From Saprolegnia diclina VS20 (lineage: Eukaryota), in the NCBI RefSeq assembly GCF_000281045.1, contig NW_008246074.1, positions 133,211-197,210 of the forward strand: DNA of 64,000 nt. Reading direction: 5' to 3'. A model generated the notes under the pieces. The model had not been told where the DNA came from. It saw only the letters and a program-made list of their open reading frames with translations, and searched no databases. Below are positions 25,201 to 38,088 of this stretch, one piece after another (within the stretch, counting starts at the first letter, position 1; each line of letters starts with the position of its first letter). The position numbers and the translations under genes are program-made.

Positions 25201-26216
25201 ATGCAGCACACTGCGTCGTCGATGCCGAACGTGCTTGCTTCGTCGCACATGAGCAATGCGATTCCGATTGTCATAATTTCGCCGCTGCCGATTTCGGAAA
25301 AACAGTATGCGAGCATTGCGCCGTACGAGTTTGTCTACTACCTCCAAGCGTCGCCACTGCATGAAATCACGCTCCGCGAAGCCCAAGTGTACGCGGCGGC
25401 AACGATCGTCATCTTGGGCTCCTGCACGCGCAACGCCAACGACGACGACCAAGAGCAGGCGATGGACTTTATCGATCAAAACATGATCGACACGGACGCG
25501 ATCACACTTCATCGGTTCATCACGGAAGCGTGCGAGAACAACTGTGCGCCGAACGCCCCGATGCCCAAAATCACGATTGAGTTGGTAGGATTTTTTTCAT
25601 TTTTTCATTGTTTTTGAGTTTGAGTTTTGACGATTTATGGTAGAGCCGCCCGAGCAGCCTTCGTTTTCTCAAGGACGAGCATACCAAGCTCGATACGGAC
25701 GACGACGCACGCGCCATCAAGCAAATGACGCGCCAAGTCATCTCCCGCGCCGACGACCCGCTGGACAATCTTTGCAGCCCGCTCTACGCTGCGGGTAGGT
25801 GTCGACATGGCGACTGACACTATTCATGTCGGGATGATAGGAAAAGTCTTCATCTCCAACTCGCTCGATGCGCTCCTTGGGAGCTGCAACACGTACGGCA
25901 GCATCATTGACCTCTTTCACTTGCTCGTGCTCGGGGAGCCGCCGGGTCCGGACGGCAGCACGCGCCGCTTGCGCTGCTTGGATCAAATTGCGGTCCCGTC
26001 GCAGTATTGGAGCAAGCCCTACGGGCTTTGCTACCAAGACTTGCTGCTCAAGCACGTAGGATCTCTCGTGATCGGGCAATGTGACGTAGAATGGCGTAGG
26101 AGGTTTTGTGTGTCGGCGTCTACCGTGCGCGCAGCACCAACACGAGCTTCGTGTCGATGAACCCGGCGGAAGAGATTCTGCTCAGTCCGCAAGACAAGTT
26201 GTTTGTTATACATTAG
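22233..26216 (+). CDS. Slo/BK-type (RCK-gated) potassium channel, paralog 1
   Basis: S4 KTLRSLRFLRAFRLL; pore YFVVITIATLG|YGDIAP; RCK1 HILICGE..FLRQFLHP, YLQGS; KLGILAKSCLIPG; RCK2 HIVLCG and PLYAAGKVF; ends VSMNP..DKLFVIH*. Confidence 0.92.
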
Positions 26217-26708
26217 CGTCGATATTGCCATCGGATAATAGAGAGATTGTGTGTTTTTGGCGCAGTTTTGAACTGGATGCGAGACCACAGCATTCGACAT
26301 GAAATGCATGTCGAGAAACGGGTTCTTGCGTTATAACAGTGTACAGGTTGTGCAAGGCAGTGTAAGGCTCTTTTGGAAAACTACACGATACGACTAACTG
26401 TTGTACTGAGAGCGAGGCTGAAACAGGGTCGTCACGGCGGGCGAGCAACGAGGAAGCCACCGCGATGCAGTGAAATATGTTGATCAATTGCAAGAGAATA
26501 AGACAAAAATTCCCTTGCTGAATGAATGGAAAACATTCATTTGTCAAAGCCTATGCGATTGGACTCGGCATTTGTTCGGCCGATCCGCCGCCGAGGGCTC
26601 ATTGCCAATCGAAGTTTCCGTGTCACTCGACGCGGAATGCTGGTCGATTTGTGAATGATGGTCGTTCGATTAGCCACTACCACATCCCGACCGAACGCTC
26701 ACACCAGC

Positions 26709-29700
26709 ATGGCCCGTCTGCTGGAAACGACGGCCGAGACGGCTGCATGGCTCCGTGAGCTCTACGCATCGACCAAGACGAACGCCTTTGGCGCGTGCAA
26801 GGCTGCGCTGGCAGCTGCCATGCTTGACGTGCCACCAATGACAGCGGCGTCCCGCCTCCTGGCACTGGTCGCAGCGCTGTGGTACGAAGGCAGTGGCGAC
26901 CTGCCACTCGCGTATCTCGTGCTCATGACCATGGACGAAGCTCGGCACTGGGAAGCTTACGTCGACGATACCGATCTACAGGAGCTCATCGCCAACGTCC
27001 TCGCAGCCGTCACACGTGGCCGCATCGAGGTCGATATTCTTACGCAGCCATCACCAGGTGCCATGTGATGTGTAGGAAGCCAAGGTCGTCGTCAAGGCCG
27101 TTGAAGTGTTTGCACTCGCGCCACGCCTGCAGGACGTCAGTTGTTTCGAGGGCTACGTGGCGTCCCTTGTGGCGGTCCCCGCGGGCCAAACGAGTGCGAT
27201 CAAGTGCATCGCGCTGTGTCCGACGCACAGGTGGCCCTACGCTGCGTTTCTAAGAACGCTCGTCGAGACAAAGAGCTGGCCCTTGGCCGATCAGCTCCTC
27301 AAACAATCACAAAGCTCGCTCTTGCCAGACGCGCACCAAGGTACGTTTTGGTTTCGATTGCAATGATTTTCAAAATACGATATCTCAGATCTCTGCGCGA
27401 CGGTGATTGCGCTGGCACTGGCTGCGGGCGATATGAAAAGGGTACGTCCACCATTCTTACAATATTGCCCTCGATGCGGAGGACAATATGTGCACATTAG
27501 GCCCACCGGCTCGTCCATGCGTATGGACTCGTTGATCGCTTTCCGGACGTTGGTACGGCGATGCCGCACTGTGGCGAGGTCGCTGACGTCGTTGATAGAG
27601 GTGGCCTTTCGATCCGAGTCGTTGCAAAAGCTCTGCGCGCAGCGCAAGTGGGCCGCCGCCGCGTCCTTCGTCGGAAGCAACTCCAGCCTCCAGGTCGATG
27701 CCGCAGCTGTACTGTAGTTGCTGACAACGCTCTAGATGACATTGTTGGAAAAAGCAGTTGCTGCTGGCAACGTCGATCTCGCGCGCGAGTGGCACCAGCG
27801 GTCGGTCGCAGCATGTAGGAATGTCGCACCATCTCACGGGCCAACGATAGGTTCAACTTGCCGGCCGAGGCGTTCCCAGCTGCCGCCCCCGCAACGGTAC
27901 GGACCTTGAACAGGTTTCCACTGTTTGAGCAACGACATGGTGTAGACCTCGGCGAGCTTTGTGGTATTGCCTGAGACTGTGCCCATTGATATCTGCGATG
28001 CGCAAGACGACCTTCGAGCGCTGCAAGCCAGTCTCCGCGACGGTATGTGTGTTAAATAGCATTTGCCAGGCGACGCATGTTGTTTGATAGCACTGGAGGC
28101 GACGACGCAACCCGTGCTTGTCGGCGTGGATCTCGAATGGAAGCCTGTCTACTCGAAAGGCGAGAGCTGCCTCGCGAGCCTCCTCCAGGTTGCGCTTCTC
28201 GACCGCGTCTTTCTCATCGACTTGATCAGCATCGAAGTACGCTGCTTGTGAGCTGCTGCAGAATTCTCATTTTGCGTGTAGGGGCATTTGAAGGCACTGG
28301 ACGTTGTGCAGTGGATGCTGGCCGAGCCGCGGTTGCTCAAGCTCGGCTTTGGCATCGAGACCGACGTGCGCGGTACCTTTTTTATATATCCAATGACGGA
28401 ATGAATACGCTAGTGTCTAGTTCTCGCCGACACGTTCCCCGAGGTTCTCCCACAGGTGACAGTGCAGTCGTTGCTCGAGGTAGACGCCACTCCTAACCCT
28501 ATGCGACATGTCATGTCGCCACGCAGGTCGATGTGGTCTTGCGCCACTTTTGCCCGACGGCGACGGCCAAAAGTCTGTCCGACGTTGTCGCGACCGTGCT
28601 CGGGGTGCCGCTCGACAAGGTATTTCATCGTTGACGTCATGGTATGTCATATGGTGTGTGCTTCGTAGACCCAACAAGTCTCGAATTGGGACGCACGGCC
28701 CTTGTCACTGGACCAGCAAATGTACATGAACACCCTTACCATTGAATAGGTAGGAGTACTAGGTACTATGGTAGGTATGCTGCGCTGGACGCGTGGTGTC
28801 TCGTCCGCGTCACCGAGTGCTTGGCGGTCGACGCCGCAGAAATCTGGTTCCAGCCGCTCACGACAACGCTGCGTGTCACAGCGGCCTCGCCTGCGGACGC
28901 GGCAGCCCGTCGAGAGGCCCGGTACGCGCTGCAGCAGCGACTGCCAACGTCGATGGCGATGCCGGGCGCCGCGGTTGCCGAGCTCTTGGCGTCGACGCCG
29001 GACGCCAGTGTCGTCGTATCGCACCTCTCGGCGGTTGATTTGACGGCCGACCATGTTGTTGCCGCCAACACGCTCTGTCTTTTTGCCAACGGTATCAACC
29101 TCGTGACTCTCGTGTAGCACTCGAGTGTTATTTGGTGCAGATGTACCGATGGTGGCGCTTCTTCCTCAAACGACCAAGCTCGATATGGGCTACTTGGCGA
29201 CAGCGACGGGCGCTTCCCGGCGGTCCGTGCGACTCGCCAAAGCCACCGAGTGTCTCGATGTCTTTGGTTACGCACCGGGTTGTGTCCCTCCGATGGCCCA
29301 CCGCAAGGCCATGTCGTTGCTCGTCGACAGGTAGGTCTTTGACCTTGTGTTTCCATGATTGCGTACGAGAAATATGACCCATGCACTCTAGCTCCTTGGC
29401 TGCAGCGACGACACTTGTTGTCGGCAGTGGCGAGCACCACGTGGTGCTGCAGCTGTCGCTGGCAACGCTTCAGACCCTAGTCGACGTTCGCGTCGTAGCG
29501 CTGTCAAAGGCGTCGGCGGCCGATACAGAGGTTGCCCCGATGACGAACGCCAAGTTCTTGGTCGATTCTCATTTGGGTAAGCTCGCGCGCTGGCTGCGCA
29601 TGCGCGGTATCGACAGCGTTCAGTTTACGCAAGGCGAGAACGACCGCGACGCTTTACTGGACCAAGTACATGTCCATTTTAGAGATATCAGGAGGCAAAT

Positions 29701-30118
29701 GTAATGTGTAGGCGGCCGCGGAGGCGCGCATGGTGCTCACGACCGACCGTCGCCTGGCGGCACGCCGCAGTGCAGCGCCGTGCTTTCTACTAACGACAAC
29801 CGATCCGCGCGACCAGCTTCGCCAAGTGCTCCAGCATTTCGGCTTGGGGCAGCACAGCTCGGTCGCGCCCACGTACGCATCTACAGCGATATTCTCTTTG
29901 GACTAAAGTGGACTAGCTTTGTCCATCCGCGCTGCACCCAGTGCAACGGCGATACGTTCACGCTGGTTGACGCCGCCGTTGCGCAGACCAAGCAAGCGCT
30001 CTCGGACTCGACCCTGGCGCACATCAACGAGTACTGGGTCTGCGACAAGTGCAACAAGGTGTTTTGGTCGGCGTGGAAGCGATTTCAGGACGTTCGCTTT
30101 CAAAGCTCGAGTGAATAA
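26709..30118 (+). CDS. Mut-7/EXD3-like DEDDy 3'-5' exoribonuclease with an internal YbaK-like domain and a C-terminal Mut7-C domain
   Basis: ExoI VGVDLEWKP, ExoII KLGFGIETD, QQVSNWDARPLS, ExoIII YAALDA; then a YbaK-like segment (VRLAKATECLDVFGYAPGCVPP..LVD..VVGSG); then KFLVDSHLGKLARWLR, VLTTDRRL, RCTQCN and WVCDKCNKVFW. Splice phases read by hand keep one frame from ExoIII to the end. Confidence 0.85.
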
Positions 30119-30192
30119 CCCATCACGATGACATGTCGACATCGAAGTAGACAAGTTGTACATGTCTATAATACGTCCACAAACTACATGAA

Positions 30193-32357
30193 TCAAGTCG
30201 CCGCGTCTATCCTTGGACTTGCACGGCACTCGCGGCGCCAGTGTCGTACGTGCATTGCAAGCTGCGCACGGACGAGCCCCGCACTGGCGTCAAGCTTCAA
30301 CACCGTTGACCATTAGTCAACGGTATATAGACCAGAAAGCGTACCTCAACGCAGCGGCTCGTGAGAAAGTCTCGCTCGCTTGTCGCAGTCGCCACGAGCT
30401 GTGAGGTCTCGGTGCGCCACTGAAGTTGATCGGCCGTGTACCGCGCGTGGAGCTCTTCTAGCGCTGTCTGGCTCGCTAGCGCAGCATTGTCGTCCACTGG
30501 TGGTTGAGTTGATGCCGCTTCTAGCAACTCGGATGCGTGATGCAGCTCGGCTTGGAGCTTGGCGATGGTCGCCTCGTGTTGCGCCGCTGCGTTGCAAGAC
30601 TGAGTCGTTTGCGCTTGCGCCTCAACCAGCGCAGCCTCGGAGCGGGCAGCGTTCTCTTGCGCACGCAGGCAGTCGGCGTCGAGGTTCTGGTACTCCACAT
30701 GCCCGAGCACCGCAGACAACAACTACGCAAAAGCGTGAGCCAGAAAGATACTTATGTGTAGTCCTCCACCAGTGCGTCGTCCGTGTTGCTAGTAGACAGA
30801 TTGTACATGAGATACACTGGAAGAAGATACGTACGTAGCTTGGATCATCGTACTCGGTAGGACACATTGCACCGCCGCATCAAAGCCGCGCTGTGCAGAT
30901 GCTGCTGTCGTCGGCTTGTTGCAACACTCTACTTTTGTCTGCACGATTGTATCGACGTTTCCGAGGTCCAGAGTCTGCGCGGTGGCGTCCTTTGTGATCT
31001 TCTCGGGCGACGACTGCATCAGGTAGCTTAGACTTGGCTGCCAACTCGATCAATATACCAGAAGGTCAAGGGGGTGGGAAGGCGCCTCGTGGTGCGCTTG
31101 GTGTTCGTAGTGCAGTCGCTGCGCGCGCTCGCCTTGCCATGCTTCTTGTAGCCACTCGACGGTCTTTGTGAGTTCGCGAATCTCGGCTTCGTGCTCGTGC
31201 AATTGCTGGGATTGAATGTAAAACTCTTGCCCGAGCTCCGTGTTGGTCTTGGTGAGTTCGTCGAGCTCTTTGGACGCCTTGCGCTCCATCTCCCAGTGCA
31301 GCTGGAGGTTCATCGACTGCTCGTGCTCCAATCGGTGCTCCAAAATGCGCACTTGGTCGCATTGAGCCTCGATGCGCGTCTCGTACGCGCGCGCTTGCTG
31401 CGTCGACGTCATCGCCATCTGGGCTTCCAGTGCGCGCACTTTGGCCTCGGCACTCTTGAGCTGATTCAGTACCGACTAGAGCGAGATGTGCAGTATGTTC
31501 AAATGCTCTACGAGGGTACGAACGTACGGTAGTCGCATCCGATGCCCGGACTGCCTGCTTTCGCTGCTGCTCGTGCTCGAGTTGCTGGAAGAGGATGCCA
31601 ATCTTCCCTTCAAACGCTTGCAGCTACGCCCCCCGTCACACAAACGCAGCAAGATGCACAGTACCTGGAGCTCGTAGCTGGCTTTTGTCTGCAACAAAAG
31701 ATCGGCTTGGTACGCATGCAACTGCTTGAACCGGGCGCACGAGCCGCAGGACGAGAGCTGTGTCGAGAGCACTTGCAGGTTGGCGTGGAGCTGCGCATGG
31801 GAGGCATCGAGTACCGCTACCATCGAGGCTTCGCTGCGTTCAAAAAGAACTTCCATTTCGCGCTTGACTTCGGTTGCCAAACTCGTCGCGTCCACCGTCG
31901 TGTGCTGCTCCTACACACCACGTCTCACTTGTCTGCTCGTTGCAATAGCGCGTACGCTGGGAAATGGTCGCGTGGCCACCGTAGACGGTCCGAGGTGGTC
32001 CACAAGCACTTGGTACAGCTGGGCCTTTGAATAGTTGCCGCCGTGAATCTTGTGCACAATGGACCAGAGTTTGTCGAGCAGCTGAGTCCTACCGAGCAGA
32101 TCGGTGAGCGACATGGTCTCCACGCACGAGATATCGTACGGTGCAGGAGGTTTGCCTCGCTGCAGCTTTGCCAACTCCTCCTTCAAGAGACGGCACTCCT
32201 CCTTGGTCGCATGCACTTGGACGAGCGCTGCCGCGGCCTCTTCGATTGCCACGTCACGCTCCGTCTTCGCGAGCTTGGCCGCTTGCTCCATCGTCGTGGC
32301 CGCGCCCGAGGGGTACCTGCCTTTGCCAACGGGCTGCGCCGGTCGAACCTGCGCCAT
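30193..32357 (-). CDS. Hypothetical coiled-coil protein, multi-exon
   Basis: Minus-strand segments rich in E/Q/L/A/K (31911-32357, 31476-31895, 31050-31439, 30297-30722) with GT..AG boundaries. Confidence 0.65.
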
Positions 32358-33484
32358 GCCCGCTGGGTTTTGAGCAACGAAAATATCTTATCCGTTTCAG
32401 ACACGATGTTGTAGCAAGGCGGATGTATCCTAGCCAGCATGTAGCGACGAGCGGTGCGACTGGTAACGCCGATAGCTTAGCTCGTTTGCCCACTTTCTGC
32501 CGAGAGAAGGCATTATATCGCATCCAGTCGACGACGAAATGAGCTGCATTTACACTCCTCGCGATTCGAAGCTAATGTGCGGCAGTTTTCTAAGAACGAG
32601 AGCGCTGATGGCGCACACTTTGGTTTGACGTCACTGGCGCTCAAGATCGAGTGCATGCCGTTGCGTTCACAGCGAATTTCGGTCGATGACGTCGTTGCAG
32701 CCAGTCCTCTTGCAGAATCACGGAGGTCGAGCGGACTCGAGCACTCGGATCAGAGTACAGGAGCCGTTGCAGCGGCGGTGCCACGGCGACCTTGGGCTAG
32801 CACCAATGCTACCTTGGACCCATCGACAAACAGAAGGGCGCTTACTACAAAGAACCATGTTCCACTCCAGGGTGAGCTCATTGCGTAGTCAGTCGTCGTC
32901 AGTCGCTGTCATGGTAGTCGCTGTCGCGGTAGGCTGGCTATACACGGCGGACACGAGTGCATTTTCCGCAGCTTTTGAAAGGACCCCGACGCAATGAAAC
33001 TCGACTAAAAAACAAATTCTAACGTTATTCTGGTTCTGCTATCGATGCTGATTCCCGTCAATCCCTTTTCTTCCAACCGTCTTGTCCGTGTCCAGCAACA
33101 TGCTGGGAAATGAACGATCAATATTTGAAGTCTTCGATCTTGCCGCAGGTTTTGCACTCGTAGTCCCGTGCTACGACAACAGGGCAAGAACGATGGGCCG
33201 GTATCCCAATACCCCACTCACTTCACGAGCACCGATCTGTCTCTGCGGTCGCTTCCGCAGCCGCACTTCTGCTCGTGTAGTCATACGTCTTCAGCCAGAA
33301 GGTTCTCCGAAATAGAAAGGTGGAAGATTTGGCCCGTGCGTGCATGGCCAACGTGCGACGGGTCGCTCACGGGGTTGCGTGACGCTGGTTTGTATCGCAT
33401 TTTCATCCGAATCGGTTGCAGGAACCAACTTTGTATTGAAATGCGTGTCACTGAACTGACGTTGGCTTTTCTAACGGCTAGTCG

Positions 33485-33500
33485 GCTCATTCTGCAACAT
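33485..33500 (+). promoter_or_regulatory. Oomycete Inr/FPR core promoter of the first P450
   Basis: GCTCATTCTGCAACAT directly abutting the ATG; close match to GCTCATTYYNCAWTTT. Confidence 0.6.
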
Positions 33501-35467
33501 GATGCTTGCCGACGTCGCCAACGTTGTTCTTCCGCTGCTCCTCGCCGTCGTGGTGCCCCTCATGATTGCGTACGTCATGCTTTGCCCGGTCGACCACCGC
33601 TTCTCCTACGCGCGTCTACCTGGCCCCGAGCCGTCGCATTGGCTGCTTGGCAACGCGTACATCGTACCTACTTCAGCTGCAAGAGCTTCATGTGTGTATA
33701 CCTAGGCGCGACGTCTTTCAAACCCGCTGGAGTGAAGGCAGCTTTCCCGAGCCCGGCTTGTCGTGGTATGCTCGCTTGGCCATTTCCACGTAGGTCACTG
33801 ACGCGTCCCGGTAGGCTCAAGAAGTATGGTGCAGCGTACTATGTTCGCGTGCTGCACATCCATCGCGTACGTCCCTCTACTCTAGTCGCACACTACTAAC
33901 TCTGCGAGCAGATTGCGCTGGCCGACCCCGTCGGTCTCAAGCACGTGCTCGTGACGAACGCCAAGCAGTTTCCGCGGAACAATCTCTCGCGCGCCTTTCT
34001 CACTGTACGACTCTATGCGTCTTCGACTTGGATCCAAACGCGGCGTGTAGAAGCTCGTGCAGGGCGTCGGGCTCTTGAGTGCTGAAGGCGACGACCACGC
34101 AGCGATGCGGCGCATGCTGAACCCGCACTTTTCCCATACAAACCTCAAGAGTTTTGTGCCGCTGTTTGCCGCGCATGCCCGCCACCTCCTCTCGCAGTGG
34201 GCCGCCGACAAGCTCATCGACACCAACGCGCCCGTCAACCTCTACACGTGTACGTTATTCCTATGTGTGAAAAGTTTTAGAGTCGTTTGCACTAGATTTC
34301 GCCAAGCTCACTCTCGATATTATCGGTATTTCGGCGTTTGGCTATGACTTTGGCGCGATTGCCGGTACCAATGAGGCCGAAAGCAGTGCGTACAATGACG
34401 CCAAGCTCCCCGCGACGTTGTTCACGATCCTCGGCACGGCGTACGTTCCGGGGTGGCGCTACCTCCCGCTCCCCGGGTTTGCACGCCGGCGGGCGGCGCG
34501 CGATACGCTCATGACCATTGCGCTGCGCGTGATTGAAGCCAAGATGGCGGCCCCGGCCGTCGACCCGCCGCGGGACCTCCTCGATCGGATGCTGGTGGCC
34601 GGCCCCGATATGTCGGCGACCGACGCGCGCGCCCACGTGTTTACCTTTATGCAAGCCGGCCACGAGGTATGTGTTTGCATATCAGACAAGTTGTCCACTG
34701 ATCTTTGCGTAGACGACGAGCAACACGTTGTGCTGGGTCGTTGCGCTGCTTTCGCAGCATCCCGCGATCGAGATGGCGGTCCGTGCCGAGTGCCAAGCTG
34801 CGCTGCAGCAGTGTCCGGATGGCTTTACCGCCGAGGGACTGGCACATATTCCACTGCTGACGGCAGTGATTCAGGAAACACTGCGAATCTACCCGACGGT
34901 CATCAACCTCGCGGCGCGCGGCGTCACAAAGGACGAGGTCGTTCCGCTCTCGGATGGCTCGCAGTTGCACGTGCCCAAGGTACAAAGCTATATTTTTCGA
35001 GGTTGTGGGGTACATTGTCGAGCAGAGCGCGATGGTGTGGGTCGACGTGGCTGCCATCCACCGCAACCCTGCGTACTGGACGCGCCCGGACGAGTTTGTG
35101 CCAGGTCGCCCGGCTTGCCCGTATGACCAAGCGTTGTCCTGATGCACCATGTAGATCGCTTTATCGAAGGCACCGACATCCACTCGGCCGACTTGCACCT
35201 GCGCGGCGGCAAAGGACACACGTTTTTCTACTTTCCATTCAGCGCTGGTACAGTTTTGGAACTCTAAGAACGGATTTGGAAAGTGAGCTATTAGGCGAGA
35301 AGAATTGCATTGGCCACCGGTTCGCGACGATGGAGCTGCAGACGATTCTGGTGCACGTGCTATCGTCGGTGCGGTTTGCGGTGACGCCCGCTGCAGTCTT
35401 GCACCCGAAGCGCCAAGTGGGCACGATCACGCCCGTGCTGCTCGAGACCACCATCCATTCGATCTAA
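33499..35467 (+). CDS. Cytochrome P450 (array copy 1), 10 exons
   Basis: N-terminal anchor plus LPGP, GLLSAEG, FMQAGHE|TT (I helix), ETLR (EXXR), PDRF, FPFSAG|EKNCIG heme motif. Confidence 0.93.
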
Positions 35468-35918
35468 CCCCTTCAGTTTTCGAGTCTTTTCGACAATGCA
35501 CGTTCGCACGTAATTTGTAGTACACCTACTTTGTATAAGACTGCGCTCTTGTTGTTGCGATACTAGTGGGGAGGATATGAGGCGGCTGTAGCGTTGAAGC
35601 GGCGTCGTTGCAGCGCTCCTAGTTGCGATGCCCTCGGGTTGCGCTCACTAGCGAGCCCGGCTGCCTCGTTGGCACCGTTGCCATGCGCCACGTCCAAGGT
35701 GATAACTCTCAAAGTCACCGTGCAGTTTCGCTGGTCCAACCACCCGCCTGCAAAGTGGTTGACGCCTCCTCAGGCTGCCACGTCATGCATGAAAATTTCG
35801 CCGATGACGTGGCAAAAATCTAGAACCGCGTCGCTGGATTCCATCCAGAGACGTCTTCGAGGTTCTTAAGTTTAAGTTTTGAACGTTGTTTCCGCCCCAC
35901 CACCGGACGACAAGACGC

Positions 35919-37871
35919 ATGCTTGTGCAAGCGCTGTGGACCTTGGCGCTTGCGGGCGCCGTCTGTTATTACTTGTGTATCATACGGTCACGGCGCCAAA
36001 TGCTCGCTAAATTGCCGTCGCCGCCTGCATCCAGCTGGTTCTTGGGCCACGCGTACGCTCCACGCTATGCTAGCTCACGTTTGCACTTGTCGCGTGTCGT
36101 AGGCGCGAGGTCATGGGCGATGTGTCGGGCACGTATCCCAACCCAGCGCTTTCTTGGTAGACAAAATTCATGCGCGTACTCGGATTTGAACTGGCGACCA
36201 TGTGTAGGCTCGAAGAGTACGGCTGCGCCTACTACTTTCGTCTCTTGCACTTGGGGCGCGTACGTCTTATCTGCTAAATGCAGATACGATCTTGACGGTG
36301 TGTTGTAGGTGGCGCTGGCCGACCCTGTTGGGCTCAAGCACGTGCTGGTGACGCATGCGAGTCGGTACCCGCGCGACGACACGACCCGGACCTTTCTCCG
36401 CGTACTACCCGGCGTCAAACAGCATTGTCATGCGTTCTGTAGACATACATGAGTGGCGACAGCCTCGTGAGTGTCAAAGGCGCCGACCACGCGTCGATGC
36501 GCAAAGCACTGAACCCGCACTTTGGCCTCGCGCATCTCAAGCTGTTTGTGCCCATCTTTGTGGCCCACACCAACGCAATGCTTGCGCACTTCACGCGCGC
36601 GATCGACACCAACACGCCAGTCAACTTGCACAAAGGTAGTACAACTACCGACGATCTTATTGGACGACCCTTGCGACCGGAATTAGTGTGGTCGTTGTTG
36701 ACACTCGATATCATGGGCAGTAGCATGTTTGGCTATGACTTTGGCGCCCTCGCCGGCACGAACGCCGAGAACAACCAAGCCTACGTCGACGCGCAATTCC
36801 CACCGTCCATTATCGGAATGGTGGGCACCGTGCTCGTACCCGGGTGGTCCTACCTTCCGCTGCCCGGGTACGCTCGCCGTCGCCGCGCCATCGCCACACT
36901 TCCGGGCATTGTGATGCGTGTCATTGAAGCCAAAATGGCCCAAGCGATTGATGACCACCCACCCCAGGACCTCCTCGATCTCATGCTCATTTCGGACCGT
37001 AACATGACGTCGGCAGAGGCCCGCGTGCATGTCCAGGTCTTCATGCAGGCCGGTCACGAGGTTGGTTGTACTTTATTTTTTGGAAAAATCAGAATTTGTA
37101 CGGTAGACAACGAGCCACGCCTTGTCGTGGGCGATTGCAATGCTGTTGCGGTACCCCAATGTCGCGGCCAAGGTCCAGGCCGAGTGCGACGCCACAGTCG
37201 CTCGCTTTGGCAGCGATGTATCGTACGAAGCGGTCGCCGACTTGGTCTACGTCACGGCCTTTCTCAAAGAAACCGCGCGGTGCTACCCAGCGATTACGAT
37301 GCTCGCACCACGCTCCGTGACAATCGACGACGTCATTCCGCTCGCGGACGGGTCGAGCGTAGCGAATCCCAAGGTGCGACAATGATTTGCGAAATCATGT
37401 GAGATATTGTCATGTAGGGCACATCGATTTACGTGGATCTCGTGGCGGTGCAGCGCAACTCGAAGTACTGGACGCGCCCCAACGACTTTTGCCCAGGTCC
37501 GTATCGTCTAACTCGATGGCGTGTGACATGCAGTGCGTAGAGCGATTTATGGAGGGCAGTGCGCTGAGCAATGCGGATCGCGAGCTGCGCGGCGGTGCGG
37601 GCCACACATTTCACTATCTTCCATTTTCCATGGGTAACTATTGCTTTGGAGTGGGATTTTGAGATTGAGATTGAAGGATTTAGGGGAGAAAAATTGCATC
37701 GGCCAGCGCTTTGCGATGCTTGAAATGCAAATCCTGCTGGTGAAAACGCTCGCCGCCGTCACATTCAAGGCCACCGACCGCACCAACTTGAACCCGAGTC
37801 GGGAGCTCGTGTCGATCACACCCACGTGCTTGGAAGTCACCGTGCACCGCCGTAGCGCAACGACAGCGTAA
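35919..37871 (+). CDS. Cytochrome P450 (array copy 2)
   Basis: LPSPP, FMQAGHE|TT, ETAR, PERF, LPFSMG|EKNCIG; intron positions match copy 1. Confidence 0.92.
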
Positions 37872-38088
37872 ACCGTAATCACTCGCTCGACGAAAGGAGC
37901 TCGACGGATTGAGTGACACGCCGTACAACGCTAAAGGCGAACGCTGCTCTGTCGTTAAATCCTTTTGGACAACTTAGTAAGGACCAACATAATTCTAGGG
38001 CTAGTACATCTCTGGACTCACCCATCCTGAGCGTCCTTGCACCATTGACACTACTTTGCGGGCGCGAGGTTGACGGGCGAGAGGCTAG

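Noticed and set aside
769..30118. Functional clustering of ValRS with the YbaK-containing exonuclease
   Set aside because: They are more than 20 kb apart with many unrelated genes between; no evidence beyond coincidence.
32577..32888. 103-aa plus-strand ORF divergent from the coiled-coil gene
   Set aside because: No motif, weak codon bias and no supportable exon structure.
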